A stretch of DNA of 64,000 nt from a virus. This document shows positions 28,129 through 38,166 of this stretch, in pieces. How positions within the stretch are numbered: the first letter of the stretch is position 1; each line of letters begins with the position of its first letter. The notes below the pieces were generated by a model that searched no databases, was not told the origin of the DNA, and worked only from the letters and a program-made list of their open reading frames with translations. The stretch is taken from positions 33,142 to 97,141 of IMG/VR virus record IMGVR_UViG_3300024239_000013. The stretch is one strand, 5' to 3'. A program made the translations under genes and the position numbers.

Positions 28129-28686
28129 TTAGAATACGTTTACTTCGTTATCCTTTCCTGTTTTGATCACGCCGTCCGTTCTATCTGAGGTAATTGGTTT
28201 ATATTCTAATTTTTTTCTACCCATCATTGTAGATAATATAAAACCAGACGGAAACTTATCTAATAAATTGTCATGTTCATAAACAATGCCCTGTATCATT
28301 TTTTCCTCCATGAAAAAATCGTTTCTCTGTCCTTCGATGGCTCTACTCAAATCTCCATATAAAGCGGATACTGATTCGAAGTTTGCGTTAGGATTGCTCT
28401 CCTGAACCCATTTCATAAATAACTGGTCGGAGTCCTTACGTCCTGCCATAATCATATCAACGTTTCTTGCGAAAGAACTGTCATTTTTAACAGCAACCTG
28501 AGATTTCTGACTAATTGTTTTCCACATCTTGTCATAGAATGCAGTTCTTTCGTCCATTTTTTGCTTGAATCTATTCCTTAAGTCGACTTCTTGGTTTGAT
28601 GTTGAGATAAGCCCTGAAATTAACCAGATTAAGATAAATCCTCCAAGTGCTAGACTTGCATAGCGAATAATTTGTTTAGTGTCCAT
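28129..28686 (-). CDS. LemA-family membrane protein
   Basis: N-terminal transmembrane helix plus roughly 160-aa domain; C-terminal FPSGFILSTMMGRKKLEYKP resembles the LemA FPTNLIAGILGFKPRPYF motif. Confidence 0.55.
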   Translation of the reverse strand: MDTKQIIRYASLALGGFILIWLISGLISTSNQEVDLRNRFKQKMDERTAFYDKMWKTISQKSQVAVKNDSSFARNVDMIMAGRKDSDQLFMKWVQESNPNANFESVSALYGDLSRAIEGQRNDFFMEEKMIQGIVYEHDNLLDKFPSGFILSTMMGRKKLEYKPITSDRTDGVIKTGKDNEVNVF

Positions 28687-28814
28687 TCTTTAAAAATTTT
28701 TATTTTATATTTATAAAGGCAAATTTATATTAAAATAACGAAAGAAAAAAATAATTCATCGAAATTATTTTAAAAAATTGCAATATAATTAACATCACTT
28801 TAAATTTATAAAGA

Positions 28815-29384
28815 ATGTCAAAGTTAGTTTCAGTAATGGGTGCTCCAAGTTCAGGTAAGAGTACTTTAGCAACCTCAGTTCATCACGGACTAAAGATAAG
28901 AAAAAAGAATTCTGTTTTTGTAGGAGAGGCTGCAACGGACTATATAGCGGAATGGGGAGTTCCTGACAGTCCAACAGATCAGATAGTTATTTTTTATAAG
29001 CAGCTCAGTAGAGAAAATATGTACAAAGATTCCAAGGAATGGGTTATTTGTGACTCTAGCTCTATATTAAATTATTTCTATTTTAGATCTTTGTTTAATT
29101 CTAAATTAAGTTTAAAGGATATTGCGACAATTAATCATATACAGAAGGAAATTCTAAAATCCATAAACCAATGGCACAAAATTTATTACGTTCCCCCTTT
29201 TTTAGATGACGAAGATCCTGTAGATGGTATAAGATTCCATGATAGAGAGGATATAATTAAGATAGACGGAATGATTCGAAATTATTTAGATCTGGAAAAT
29301 ATAGAATATACTGATTTGACAAATATACCCATAGATGAAAGGGACCAGTGGGTAATAAATGATCTATTAAAATCTAGAAAATAG
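28815..29384 (+). CDS. P-loop NTPase (putative nucleoside/nucleotide kinase)
   Basis: Walker A motif VMGAPSSGKSTLA at the N-terminus. Confidence 0.5.
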   Translation: MSKLVSVMGAPSSGKSTLATSVHHGLKIRKKNSVFVGEAATDYIAEWGVPDSPTDQIVIFYKQLSRENMYKDSKEWVICDSSSILNYFYFRSLFNSKLSLKDIATINHIQKEILKSINQWHKIYYVPPFLDDEDPVDGIRFHDREDIIKIDGMIRNYLDLENIEYTDLTNIPIDERDQWVINDLLKSRK

Positions 29385-29828
29385 TTATCTTACTGGTATT
29401 ACAATGTCTGGCGAATTCTTTAAAAAGTATTCGCTATTTTTTATGGCTTTATTTAACGAAGTTTCTTTTATAGTTTCTCTCCAATTGATTGTTTTATTCT
29501 TATTTAAACCAATCTTAAGATTCTTTATACTGGTCCATTTTTCTATATAAGTTGGATCATATGGAAGTTTTTTAGATTTCATATTTCCTTCCTCGTCTTT
29601 AACTATACCATAAAATTCTGGATATAATGTAGCCATATTAACCGGAATCCCTTCTTTACCTCCAACCTTATATCGGGAAAGCTCATTTACACTTTTTACC
29701 TGAGCAGCAAAAATGTTACATTTGCCCTCCTTGTTTTTCTTACCTTTTATTAAAAGCCATCCACCAAGAGACCATTTTATCCCTTGGTTGTTCCATTGGT
29801 TATATTCTAATATATTCTCCATATCCAT
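29385..29828 (-). CDS. hypothetical protein
   Basis: 147-aa ORF. Confidence 0.5.
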   Translation of the reverse strand: MDMENILEYNQWNNQGIKWSLGGWLLIKGKKNKEGKCNIFAAQVKSVNELSRYKVGGKEGIPVNMATLYPEFYGIVKDEEGNMKSKKLPYDPTYIEKWTSIKNLKIGLNKNKTINWRETIKETSLNKAIKNSEYFLKNSPDIVIPVR

Positions 29829-29877
29829 ATATATTTAATAAAATATTGGATATATAAATAAAATAAGTGAATATGAA

Positions 29878-30141
29878 ATGAAAAAGTTTTTTATAGATTT
29901 GTTATCAGGGCAAACTGAGGTGTCAAGTAAGAGATTTGCTGCTCTTTTTGCATTAGTAAATTTGGTGATTCTAACTTGGATTGCCACTTTAAATGATGAT
30001 AATTTAATTACACCTGAATTTATGTTTGATGCATTACTAATGATCGCGGGAGGTGGTTTCGGTCTAAGCGTTGTGGAAAAAGTTCTGACTACAAAAAATT
30101 CTAAAAAAACTGATTCAAACGAACAAAACCCTACAATATGA
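29878..30141 (+). CDS. small two-helix membrane protein (holin-like topology)
   Basis: 87 aa; helices FAALFALVNLVILTWIATL and LLMIAGGGFGLSVV. Confidence 0.4.
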   Translation: MKKFFIDLLSGQTEVSSKRFAALFALVNLVILTWIATLNDDNLITPEFMFDALLMIAGGGFGLSVVEKVLTTKNSKKTDSNEQNPTI

Positions 30142-30404
30142 AAAATTTAAAACCGTTTGAAGATTATAACATTTCGAATTTAGACGAGGCTCTAGAAGAG
30201 TCTTCATGTTTAAGCGAGAATGCTAAGAATGAATTGAAAAGAATCTGTGAAGAGTATTTAGTTAAAGAAGCTATCGATTATGATGAAGATGATTATGATG
30301 AGCATACATACGATGGGTATGTAGAAGAGACCGCTAATTATATTAAAGAATGTTTAGGTAGACCCGGATATTCATCTTTAGATAAACCATACACAACACA
30401 ATAA
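30138..30404 (+). CDS. hypothetical acidic protein
   Basis: 88 aa; start overlaps the upstream stop (ATGA). Confidence 0.45.
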   Translation: MKNLKPFEDYNISNLDEALEESSCLSENAKNELKRICEEYLVKEAIDYDEDDYDEHTYDGYVEETANYIKECLGRPGYSSLDKPYTTQ

Positions 30405-30405
30405 T

Positions 30406-30975
30406 ATGAGTAGATTGGTAAAATTTGATAAATATAAATCAGAAATCAAAGAATCTGAGGAGGAAGAATTTACATATAGCCTTGATGAAATTTCGGATGC
30501 TCTTGATTCAGTGGAAGATGATCTAATTAATTACATAGAAATTCATAATATAGAAATTTTAGATGTTGACCACGACGAAACTCGCGACGGAGAGGTGGTA
30601 TTAAAGCCGATAATTGGTGAACATTCTGACCTTGTCTATGACTATAATACAGACCTAAATGATTTAATTTTAAAAGAGCTTTCAAAATCAGGTAATGACG
30701 GACTTAAACCCCGATTTAATTCTGACGTTATATTTAATGCTATAGATTTAGTTTCTTCTTACATTGGAAAATATGTAAATGATGTATCGATGGATGATAT
30801 AGAAATAGAATATGAAACAAGGTCCGGAAATTTTAATGAGATAACTGTAACATTCCTGATAAATCAGAAAAGTTTAAAAAATGTTGAGATTTTATCTATT
30901 AATTTCAAAGAATGGAAAAAAGAAGTTCTCGGACAAATAGTTAAAAGTATAACCAGAAAGTTTAAATACATATAA
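30406..30975 (+). CDS. hypothetical acidic protein
   Basis: 189-aa ORF. Confidence 0.5.
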   Translation: MSRLVKFDKYKSEIKESEEEEFTYSLDEISDALDSVEDDLINYIEIHNIEILDVDHDETRDGEVVLKPIIGEHSDLVYDYNTDLNDLILKELSKSGNDGLKPRFNSDVIFNAIDLVSSYIGKYVNDVSMDDIEIEYETRSGNFNEITVTFLINQKSLKNVEILSINFKEWKKEVLGQIVKSITRKFKYI

Positions 30976-31008
30976 AAAAAATCCCAATCAAGATTGGGAT
31001 TTTTTTTA
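30975..31008. terminator. bidirectional terminator hairpin (ATCCCAATC-AAG-ATTGGGAT flanked by A8 and T8)
   Basis: Perfect 8-9 bp stem between convergent genes. Confidence 0.6.
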
Positions 31009-31027
31009 TAATGATATTAGTTAAAGA

Positions 31028-32923
31028 TTATTTTTTGTCTTTCTTTTCTGATTTATCATCTTCTGACGAATCTTTCATAATATCTTTCTTTTGTGATTTT
31101 TCTTGAATTTGTTTTAAAAGCTCCATTCCGAGTAATCCTGAAATTGGTCCATTTCCAACATCGTTACCAGAGATTAAAATTTCTGGGATAATTTTAATTC
31201 CATTTGTACCAATCATTTCAGTAACTTTTAATTTTCCGAAATTATCTTCTCCCATAGCTTTAACCTGTTTCTCATAAGCTTCAGCAGTTGCTTTACCGAT
31301 AGCTGAGATTTTAGATGCCTCAGCATCGCCGGTTAATTTAATCTGGGCAGCTTCAGCTTCAGCCATTAGTTTCTTAGCTTTGGATTCAGCTCCAGCTTTT
31401 AACTCAAGAGCTTTAGCTTCTCCTTCTGATTTTTTAACAGCAGCTTCAGCTTCACGTTGTGAGATTTCTACCGATTGCTGAGCTGATACCATTTGACCTT
31501 GCATATTTGCTAATGCTTTTGCTGATTCTAGTGTCTTACGTTGGTCTTGTGCTTTTCTCTGGGTTTCGAATGTAATCTCCTCTTCCTGAGCAATCTTACG
31601 ATCTGTTAAGGTTTTCATTAAAGATTCTGGCGGAACAATATCACCGATCAAGGTATCTACTGCATGAACGTTATATTCTTCTAGTACTTTAGAAATACTT
31701 ACTTTAGCTGCGTCTTGACGTTGTTGTCTTGTAGATAAAAATGAAATAACATCTGAATCTTGAGCGGAGTTTCTGAAATAGTTCCCGATTGTAGGTTCAA
31801 GAACCTGAGATACTAAATTTGACATAGATCCAAATCTTGCAATAACTTTAGGTGCTTCGTTAGAAGGAATGTGAATAATCTGAGATACGTCTAGATTGAA
31901 TGGAAATCCATCTTTAGATCTAACCGTAATTGTGCTCAGGTTTTTATCCAGATCATGAGATTCCGAACGAGCTGTAGCCCAATTGAGTACTAGGTTTGTT
32001 GTAGGAACTATTTCAATTTTCTGAGTATATGGATTGATAGCGTATTTACCTGGATCTAGTGGAGTTATCCATACGCCCCTTTGCCCTTTCTTAACTATAT
32101 TTCCGTGTTTAAATCCATCACCAGTTGTGTCTTCTCCTTCCTCCCCTACATAAGAAATAACTACACCGACGTGACCGATTGGAATCTGAGTCATTTCTCT
32201 CTTTTCAATTTCTACTGCCCAGGGGTTTAGTGAATATGATCCTGCTTGAATAACCTGTACCTGTAAACCTCTCTGACCTCCGTTTTCTAAGAATTTATCA
32301 AAATTTTGAAAGTTGTTGTGTCCTTCAATAGGTGAACCTGCAATAGATCCAGGAGATAGCGGGATACCGTCTAATGCTGTTACCACTCCGACCATTCCAT
32401 CTTCAATGTAAGTAATGTCTGCGATAAGAACATCAAATAAAAATTTATTGATACGATACACCCCGTTATTAAGATATCCTACTTGTTTACCCCTTTGCCC
32501 CCCTTTTGTCAAGAAAGCCCTACTGTCTTGGAAATTATCACAGTCTATATTTCTTGCTAAAATTGACCCAGTTGGAAGAGGTAACCCGTCTTTAGCAGAA
32601 AGTAATCCAATTTTACCTCTAGGTATTTCTGTTAAATCTGCCATTTCAACTGAGTATTGCCAAATCCAATATCCCCAATATAAACCGGGTGCTAAAGTGT
32701 CTGCCTGAAACCCTGCTTCTCCATTAAGAGCGATGATTTTTCCGTCGGGTAATGATTTATTTTCACCAAAAAGAACAAATTTCTTGGTAACGAGACCAAT
32801 TTTATCTTCTGGGATTATAACCATACCAAAGAAAACCCTCAGTGTAAATTTATAAAATACAATCAATAATAATGGAACTAATACCCATCCGAATTTTAAT
32901 AATAAGCTTAATGCTAAATCCAT
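31028..32923 (-). CDS. flotillin-like SPFH/band-7 membrane protein
   Basis: N-terminal transmembrane helix; SPFH-like core; long Ala/Glu/Lys-rich coiled-coil (AEAEAAQIKLTGDAEASKISAIGKATAEAYEKQ) as in bacterial flotillins such as YqiK. Confidence 0.65.
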   Translation of the reverse strand: MDLALSLLLKFGWVLVPLLLIVFYKFTLRVFFGMVIIPEDKIGLVTKKFVLFGENKSLPDGKIIALNGEAGFQADTLAPGLYWGYWIWQYSVEMADLTEIPRGKIGLLSAKDGLPLPTGSILARNIDCDNFQDSRAFLTKGGQRGKQVGYLNNGVYRINKFLFDVLIADITYIEDGMVGVVTALDGIPLSPGSIAGSPIEGHNNFQNFDKFLENGGQRGLQVQVIQAGSYSLNPWAVEIEKREMTQIPIGHVGVVISYVGEEGEDTTGDGFKHGNIVKKGQRGVWITPLDPGKYAINPYTQKIEIVPTTNLVLNWATARSESHDLDKNLSTITVRSKDGFPFNLDVSQIIHIPSNEAPKVIARFGSMSNLVSQVLEPTIGNYFRNSAQDSDVISFLSTRQQRQDAAKVSISKVLEEYNVHAVDTLIGDIVPPESLMKTLTDRKIAQEEEITFETQRKAQDQRKTLESAKALANMQGQMVSAQQSVEISQREAEAAVKKSEGEAKALELKAGAESKAKKLMAEAEAAQIKLTGDAEASKISAIGKATAEAYEKQVKAMGEDNFGKLKVTEMIGTNGIKIIPEILISGNDVGNGPISGLLGMELLKQIQEKSQKKDIMKDSSEDDKSEKKDKK

Positions 32924-32998
32924 TTTTTCTTTTTTTTTAAAATTTATAATTATTTTTTTAGATATCCAAATTTAAATAATAAAATCGGATAAAAAAAA

Positions 32999-33427
32999 TT
33001 ATTTTATTTTTTTCCAAGAAATTTCAAAGTTTTTTATGTGTGGATCGATTGGAACTAAATCTATACTACACAATTTAACGATTTTGATCATATTTTCCAT
33101 AGAAATCTCGCCGAAAATAGTCGGCCTAAATATGGCTTTACCGCTTTCGAGTAAATATTTTGTGATATTAAAGTTTTCCTTATTTGCAAATTCAATATCT
33201 GCAACCCAAAACCCATCTTCCAGATACATATCTCTGGTAAAGTGGTTAACCTTATCGCTTCCTTTAATTTTGATGCCTTCAGTGCTCTTAATATGTACAA
33301 CCAAACCTTCTAAACATCTTTTTGATTTTTTAAAATCTTGAATTATAGAATCGATTTCGGAATCAGTATAATAATATCCATATTGATTTTTTTTACCAAC
33401 TTCTGCTATAGGATATTTTATTTTCAT
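32999..33427 (-). CDS. hypothetical protein
   Basis: 142-aa ORF. Confidence 0.5.
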   Translation of the reverse strand: MKIKYPIAEVGKKNQYGYYYTDSEIDSIIQDFKKSKRCLEGLVVHIKSTEGIKIKGSDKVNHFTRDMYLEDGFWVADIEFANKENFNITKYLLESGKAIFRPTIFGEISMENMIKIVKLCSIDLVPIDPHIKNFEISWKKIK

Positions 33428-33445
33428 AATATTTTTTCAAAATTT

Positions 33446-33787
33446 TTATTTATGTCTAATTCTTATCCAATCTACCTCTTCGTAATCCCTAGCATTATTT
33501 TTTTCCAATTTTATGTGAAGCATAAGAATGTTTGTTCCTTGAATGGGTAAAATTTTATAAGTTAATTTATTCTGACCTCTATTTAAATCGCCATTAGTAC
33601 TATAATTATAAAGATCTCTGATCTTATTATAGAGTAGCATGAGAGTCTCTTGTTTCCCGATTCCTCTTCCTGTCGCATATTCTAAGAAAACGTGATCTGT
33701 AACTATAGATTCTCCAATCTCTAATAACTGAGAAACTGCAAAGCTTGCAATTCTGGTGGTTTTTCCATTATTTCTATTTGTTATCAT
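33446..33787 (-). CDS. hypothetical protein
   Basis: 113-aa ORF. Confidence 0.45.
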   Translation of the reverse strand: MITNRNNGKTTRIASFAVSQLLEIGESIVTDHVFLEYATGRGIGKQETLMLLYNKIRDLYNYSTNGDLNRGQNKLTYKILPIQGTNILMLHIKLEKNNARDYEEVDWIRIRHK

Positions 33788-34505
33788 GTCTATTTTTAAT
33801 TTCTAATAATTTCTTATATTTTTTCCGATATAACGTTATTATAATAAGATAAGATATTCTCATATACAATCTACTGTCATTGTCTCTGGTCTTTTTATTA
33901 AAATAATAATCTAACTCGTGGGTATATAAATTGAATTTATTTGATTTTTGATTAGTCACAATCCGATACTGCTCATTAAAAGATCTTAAATTAAATAAAA
34001 TCATAGTATGAATCGGTATAACCCTTTCCTGATATACCATATCAGAACCGTCTGTAAATTTCTTGTATATTTTAAAATCCCATCTAAACCAACTTGGCAT
34101 ATATCTATTTTTAACACATTCGGATTTTAACTTCATTTTAGGTTCAAACATCACGGAATATCTTTTAAGATTAAATTTTATGGTTCTTTTTTTAATCTCA
34201 TTTAGACCTAATTCGTAATAATGATACCAAGAATTTAGTGCATATAACATCCCACTAGTACTCATTTTTTCTAATCTACCAACTAAAGATCCTGATAGAT
34301 AAGAATCTCTGAAGTAATATTTACCAGACTCTATCCAAGATAATCCATTTAAAGCAGCTTCACACCACCCAAAATTTGTACATTGATACCCATTCTTAAA
34401 TGAAGGTTTAATATGATAAATTCTTTCCTCTATATCTTCATATCTTCCTCTATGAGTTAATATTAGCTCGCTCTTACAAATAGGACAAAATATCTTATCT
34501 GACAT
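33774..34505 (-). CDS. hypothetical protein with N-terminal zinc-ribbon (CPICKSE...)
   Basis: 243-aa ORF. Confidence 0.5.
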   Translation of the reverse strand: MSDKIFCPICKSELILTHRGRYEDIEERIYHIKPSFKNGYQCTNFGWCEAALNGLSWIESGKYYFRDSYLSGSLVGRLEKMSTSGMLYALNSWYHYYELGLNEIKKRTIKFNLKRYSVMFEPKMKLKSECVKNRYMPSWFRWDFKIYKKFTDGSDMVYQERVIPIHTMILFNLRSFNEQYRIVTNQKSNKFNLYTHELDYYFNKKTRDNDSRLYMRISYLIIITLYRKKYKKLLEIKNRHDNK

Positions 34506-34831
34506 TACTTAAATCTTTTTATAACTTTAAGTTTATCTATTTCAAATGCCATTTCTTCTAGTGACTTAGTTTCAAATATTATTTCATTTTTATCAACATC
34601 CATCATTACTCTATCATACTCACCAGTTTCTTTATTTCTTACTACGAAACAAGCCACTTTTAAAGAATCGTTCTGCTCACCAGATCCCCATAATACTGAT
34701 TTATCGACTGCGTGTCTTGTGCTTATTTTGTCATGAAACCACTCGTGTGTTTCTGACTCCCAATACAAACCATCTCTTTCTAAAAATTCGTTTCTTTCCA
34801 TACTTATTTTTCTGTTGTTGGTTTTAGCCAC
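34505..34831 (-). CDS. hypothetical protein
   Basis: 108-aa ORF. Confidence 0.45.
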   Translation of the reverse strand: MAKTNNRKISMERNEFLERDGLYWESETHEWFHDKISTRHAVDKSVLWGSGEQNDSLKVACFVVRNKETGEYDRVMMDVDKNEIIFETKSLEEMAFEIDKLKVIKRFK

Positions 34832-35547
34832 ATTCCATTACTAAAAATGATCTGAATTATTCTTGGATTAATTTTCTTTATATTTTCTAATAGCTCAAGT
34901 GTTTTGATAGTGTCTTCTTTGAACATCTTAAATATCTCCTCCCTTATTCTTTCCTGAGAAACAACCTTTTCTAATTTATCGATAACTTCTTCGTTTGAAC
35001 AAACTTTCATAATCTCTTCCGAAATAGTAAATCCTTTTGTTACTGAAAATCTAAAAGCTCGTATAAGTCTTAATGGATCATCTAGCATGGTCTTTTCGGT
35101 TTCTAATGGTGTTATTAGGATTTTATTTTTCAAGTGCTCTAGACCACCAAAATGATCTATAATTCGACCATATTCATCTTTTGCTAAAGCATTCAAAGTA
35201 AAATCTCTTCTTTTTAAGTCGTCGTTAAGATTACCTGGTTTTATTATAGGTTGTCTAGTTCCTGGAAAATAACCAACCTCTTTTCTTGACATTACAAAAT
35301 CTGCAACCCCCTGATATTTGTGATTTGCTGGGAATTGTGCTCTTATTGTAAAACAATCGGGATGTGTTACAAATATTCTGAAACCCTCATTATTCAAATA
35401 GGTTTCCAGAATAGTAAACATTTCATAAGCTGTATAGTCTCTTGACAATAAACTTTCATACGGAACTGCTACATAATCAACATCCTTTGAAACCAAACCT
35501 AAAATTTCATCTCGGACCTTTCCTCCGACTTCGTAAAATGTAAACAT
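34804..35547 (-). CDS. minimal tRNA nucleotidyltransferase (CCA- or A-adding enzyme head domain; polymerase beta superfamily)
   Basis: GGKVRDEILG...DVDYV motif, RRDFTLNALA motif and DPLRLIRAFRF motif are the class-II CCA-adding head-domain signatures. Confidence 0.7.
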   Translation of the reverse strand: MFTFYEVGGKVRDEILGLVSKDVDYVAVPYESLLSRDYTAYEMFTILETYLNNEGFRIFVTHPDCFTIRAQFPANHKYQGVADFVMSRKEVGYFPGTRQPIIKPGNLNDDLKRRDFTLNALAKDEYGRIIDHFGGLEHLKNKILITPLETEKTMLDDPLRLIRAFRFSVTKGFTISEEIMKVCSNEEVIDKLEKVVSQERIREEIFKMFKEDTIKTLELLENIKKINPRIIQIIFSNGMWLKPTTEK

Positions 35548-35573
35548 TTTCTTTATTTTTTTAGCAAGATTAA

Positions 35574-35616
35574 TAAAAAAACACGAGGTATAAAAATTAT
35601 CCTCGTGTTTTTTTAA
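35574..35616. terminator. bidirectional terminator hairpin (CACGAGG-loop-CCTCGTG flanked by an A-run and a T-run)
   Basis: Read in the sequence. Confidence 0.55.
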
Positions 35617-35637
35617 AATTTTATTTAATCTAAATCA

Positions 35638-36114
35638 CTATTCCACCTTAAGAAACTTTAAAACCGAATCCCATCCAGGAAACTCCGATTGTCCAAAATG
35701 TATATGGGTTCCTTTGAAATCAGCAACCCCATTTGCTATTCTGTCATCTATTAAATAGTCACCCATTACTAGTCCTTTATTATGGCACAGAATTAATTTT
35801 TTCTTTGAAGTATTACCAAGATATTTTTGTACCCAATTTCTTTTCTCTGCCCAAGCATTAGGATTACTCCATGGTGGTGTGCTTAATATATAGGTTTCGT
35901 ATTTTTCCTGTAGTTTGTTCCATGCTTCAATAGCACCTTCAACAGGCTCTAGATCTTTGTAAGCATTTTCGTGCTTAAATAGGCTGTTACCCTTAATTCC
36001 TTGATTCTCTAGTTCTCTAGCTCTTTTATCGAAATCACAAATAACCCCATCCATATCTATGAGAACTATCGGTTTTGTGATTGGTATAGTTGCCCTTAAC
36101 CAGGATTTTTCCAT
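35638..36114 (-). CDS. 5'(3')-deoxyribonucleotidase (NT5C-type HAD phosphatase)
   Basis: HAD motif I LIDMDGVICDF and overall similarity to the 5'(3')-deoxyribonucleotidase family. Confidence 0.6.
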   Translation of the reverse strand: MEKSWLRATIPITKPIVLIDMDGVICDFDKRARELENQGIKGNSLFKHENAYKDLEPVEGAIEAWNKLQEKYETYILSTPPWSNPNAWAEKRNWVQKYLGNTSKKKLILCHNKGLVMGDYLIDDRIANGVADFKGTHIHFGQSEFPGWDSVLKFLKVE

Positions 36115-36489
36115 TTATTTAAAGTATTTAATTTTTATTTTTTCTGAGGCTAATCTATAAACATCCATAAAATCAGATAATTCAGAATCACTAAGATTCA
36201 GAATTCTTGACCCGACGCTTTCTAAATCAACATCAGATTCTGATTTATTTAATCTTAAAAAAGCTACAACAAAACAAGATTCATTAGATTGAAAGAAAGA
36301 TTTAGATATTTTGTGTCCATTTTTTTCTAAGAAATCTCCACCAAAACTATCGACATAGCCATCTTCTCTATATTCGTCCTCTTTTTCGAAAAGTTCGTTA
36401 ACTCCCCATTTAATAATTTCATAGAAAGGCTGCTCTGATTTAGTTGAGTTGTACTTTCTAGCCTCTATGTTGTTTATTCTAATTTTCAT
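36115..36489 (-). CDS. hypothetical protein
   Basis: 124-aa ORF. Confidence 0.45.
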   Translation of the reverse strand: MKIRINNIEARKYNSTKSEQPFYEIIKWGVNELFEKEDEYREDGYVDSFGGDFLEKNGHKISKSFFQSNESCFVVAFLRLNKSESDVDLESVGSRILNLSDSELSDFMDVYRLASEKIKIKYFK

Positions 36490-36494
36490 ATTCT

Positions 36495-36926
36495 TCAGCT
36501 TCTATAAATACATTCTTTATTTTTATAAATACTTAATACAGAACCCTGCCCGTGGGTAATCCCTATTTGGTAATTGTAATATTCGTAAACAGAAGATGGA
36601 AAATTCTCAGTAAATTCGTCTATTGGATCTATAACAGTTCCATATCTTGATGCAAATTCAAATATAAATGATGTGAGATTTAAAGGTTTATCCTGGTATG
36701 TTTGATAATGCTTAGCATCGTATCTATTCTGTTTAGACATAACCCTATCCATTATCGAATTGAATGAAGTTTCGTCTTTTATTTTTTCTCTAAATACTTG
36801 TATTCTTTCGTCTAAGATTGCTTCTTTAGCTTTAAGATTACTGATATATTCGGCAGTAGATTTTTTTCCTTCTGGACTGTCCAGATATTTTTTTAATCTT
36901 TCTGATAAGCTTTCAGTGTCTATCAT
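36495..36926 (-). CDS. hypothetical protein
   Basis: 143-aa ORF. Confidence 0.5.
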   Translation of the reverse strand: MIDTESLSERLKKYLDSPEGKKSTAEYISNLKAKEAILDERIQVFREKIKDETSFNSIMDRVMSKQNRYDAKHYQTYQDKPLNLTSFIFEFASRYGTVIDPIDEFTENFPSSVYEYYNYQIGITHGQGSVLSIYKNKECIYRS

Positions 36927-36938
36927 ATCCTATTTTTT

Positions 36939-37685
36939 TTATTTAATTCTTTCCCAAAATTCTCCTTTTTTCATCTTATTTTCAATTACATATTCAGCAG
37001 AAACAAAATCAAGTGCATCTTTAAGAACCTCTTCTGTGCATCCTCTTTCTGCATACGGATCATTAAATCTTGAAATGATGTCGATATCTCTAGGTTGATC
37101 TAATAATTCTTTAGGCTTATATGCTCTAACCTTACCTTTTTTAATCTCGAATTCAATAACTGGGATTTTTTCGCAATCCTCAGATATTTCCGAATTGATA
37201 AGTTGACATTTCAAATTAAGAAACGGAAACTCTTTAGCAATAATTATCCACTCATCATAGATCTCTCTAACATCTGGCCATTTTCCTATATTATAATTAT
37301 TACATCCTATATTTCCGTCCCATGAACACCATCCATGAGGACCACCTATCCAAGAAGATGCTATCCTATGATTATTCAAATAATATAAACCCGAAATTCT
37401 CCTGTATTTTTTAGCATAAAGTTCTTCTTTAAAGTCGTAAAGTTCCGAAAAATTGTTTAAATTAAATTCTTTCTTTAGCTCTACATAAAGATCGTTAGTG
37501 TCTAAATGATGTCCGAATATTAACTTATTGATTGTTTTTTCCCATTCTCTATCATTACAACAGAAGCTGAAACTATCTGTCCTAACTAGGATTTCCTTAG
37601 CCTGATCTTTCGTTACACTTTTACCTTTTACAATTAATCCCGGCCATTTGGGTAAATTAACTTCTAAAATGTTTTCCTTATTCAT
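36939..37685 (-). CDS. hypothetical protein
   Basis: 248-aa ORF. Confidence 0.5.
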   Translation of the reverse strand: MNKENILEVNLPKWPGLIVKGKSVTKDQAKEILVRTDSFSFCCNDREWEKTINKLIFGHHLDTNDLYVELKKEFNLNNFSELYDFKEELYAKKYRRISGLYYLNNHRIASSWIGGPHGWCSWDGNIGCNNYNIGKWPDVREIYDEWIIIAKEFPFLNLKCQLINSEISEDCEKIPVIEFEIKKGKVRAYKPKELLDQPRDIDIISRFNDPYAERGCTEEVLKDALDFVSAEYVIENKMKKGEFWERIK

Positions 37686-37749
37686 TTTATTTTTTTAGCA
37701 AATTTAACTCAAATGTACGGGAATTAAAAAAAATCTACGTGATATTTAA

Positions 37750-38160
37750 CTAGTCTTTTATTATAACCTTGAATTTTTTACCAGACTCCGAAATAATTTC
37801 ATCTATCCAAGCTTGTGCTTCTTCATTACTATTGAATTGCCTATATACTATATCTTTGTGAGCTAGATTAATTTCTACAGTAGCTTTATTCCAAATCTTT
37901 TTATTTTTCTCATCGACTCTAAGCCAACTATATCTTTCAAAATAAGAAGAGTCCATTCTGATTCTTTCATCATCATCCGTTAAATATCCAAAATTTCCAC
38001 TAGTCCATCCCTCAGGAATCTCTGGATGCTTTCCTACTACAAATCCCAGAAATTTTTTATCTCTTTCTGGTATTCTTTCCTTCCATCTATATTCAGATTC
38101 TCTTTCAGTTGTGAATTGGATTGAAATTATGTTATCTAATTGGAAATATTTCTTTGTCAT
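37750..38160 (-). CDS. hypothetical protein
   Basis: 136-aa ORF. Confidence 0.5.
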   Translation of the reverse strand: MTKKYFQLDNIISIQFTTERESEYRWKERIPERDKKFLGFVVGKHPEIPEGWTSGNFGYLTDDDERIRMDSSYFERYSWLRVDEKNKKIWNKATVEINLAHKDIVYRQFNSNEEAQAWIDEIISESGKKFKVIIKD

Positions 38161-38166
38161 TTCTTT

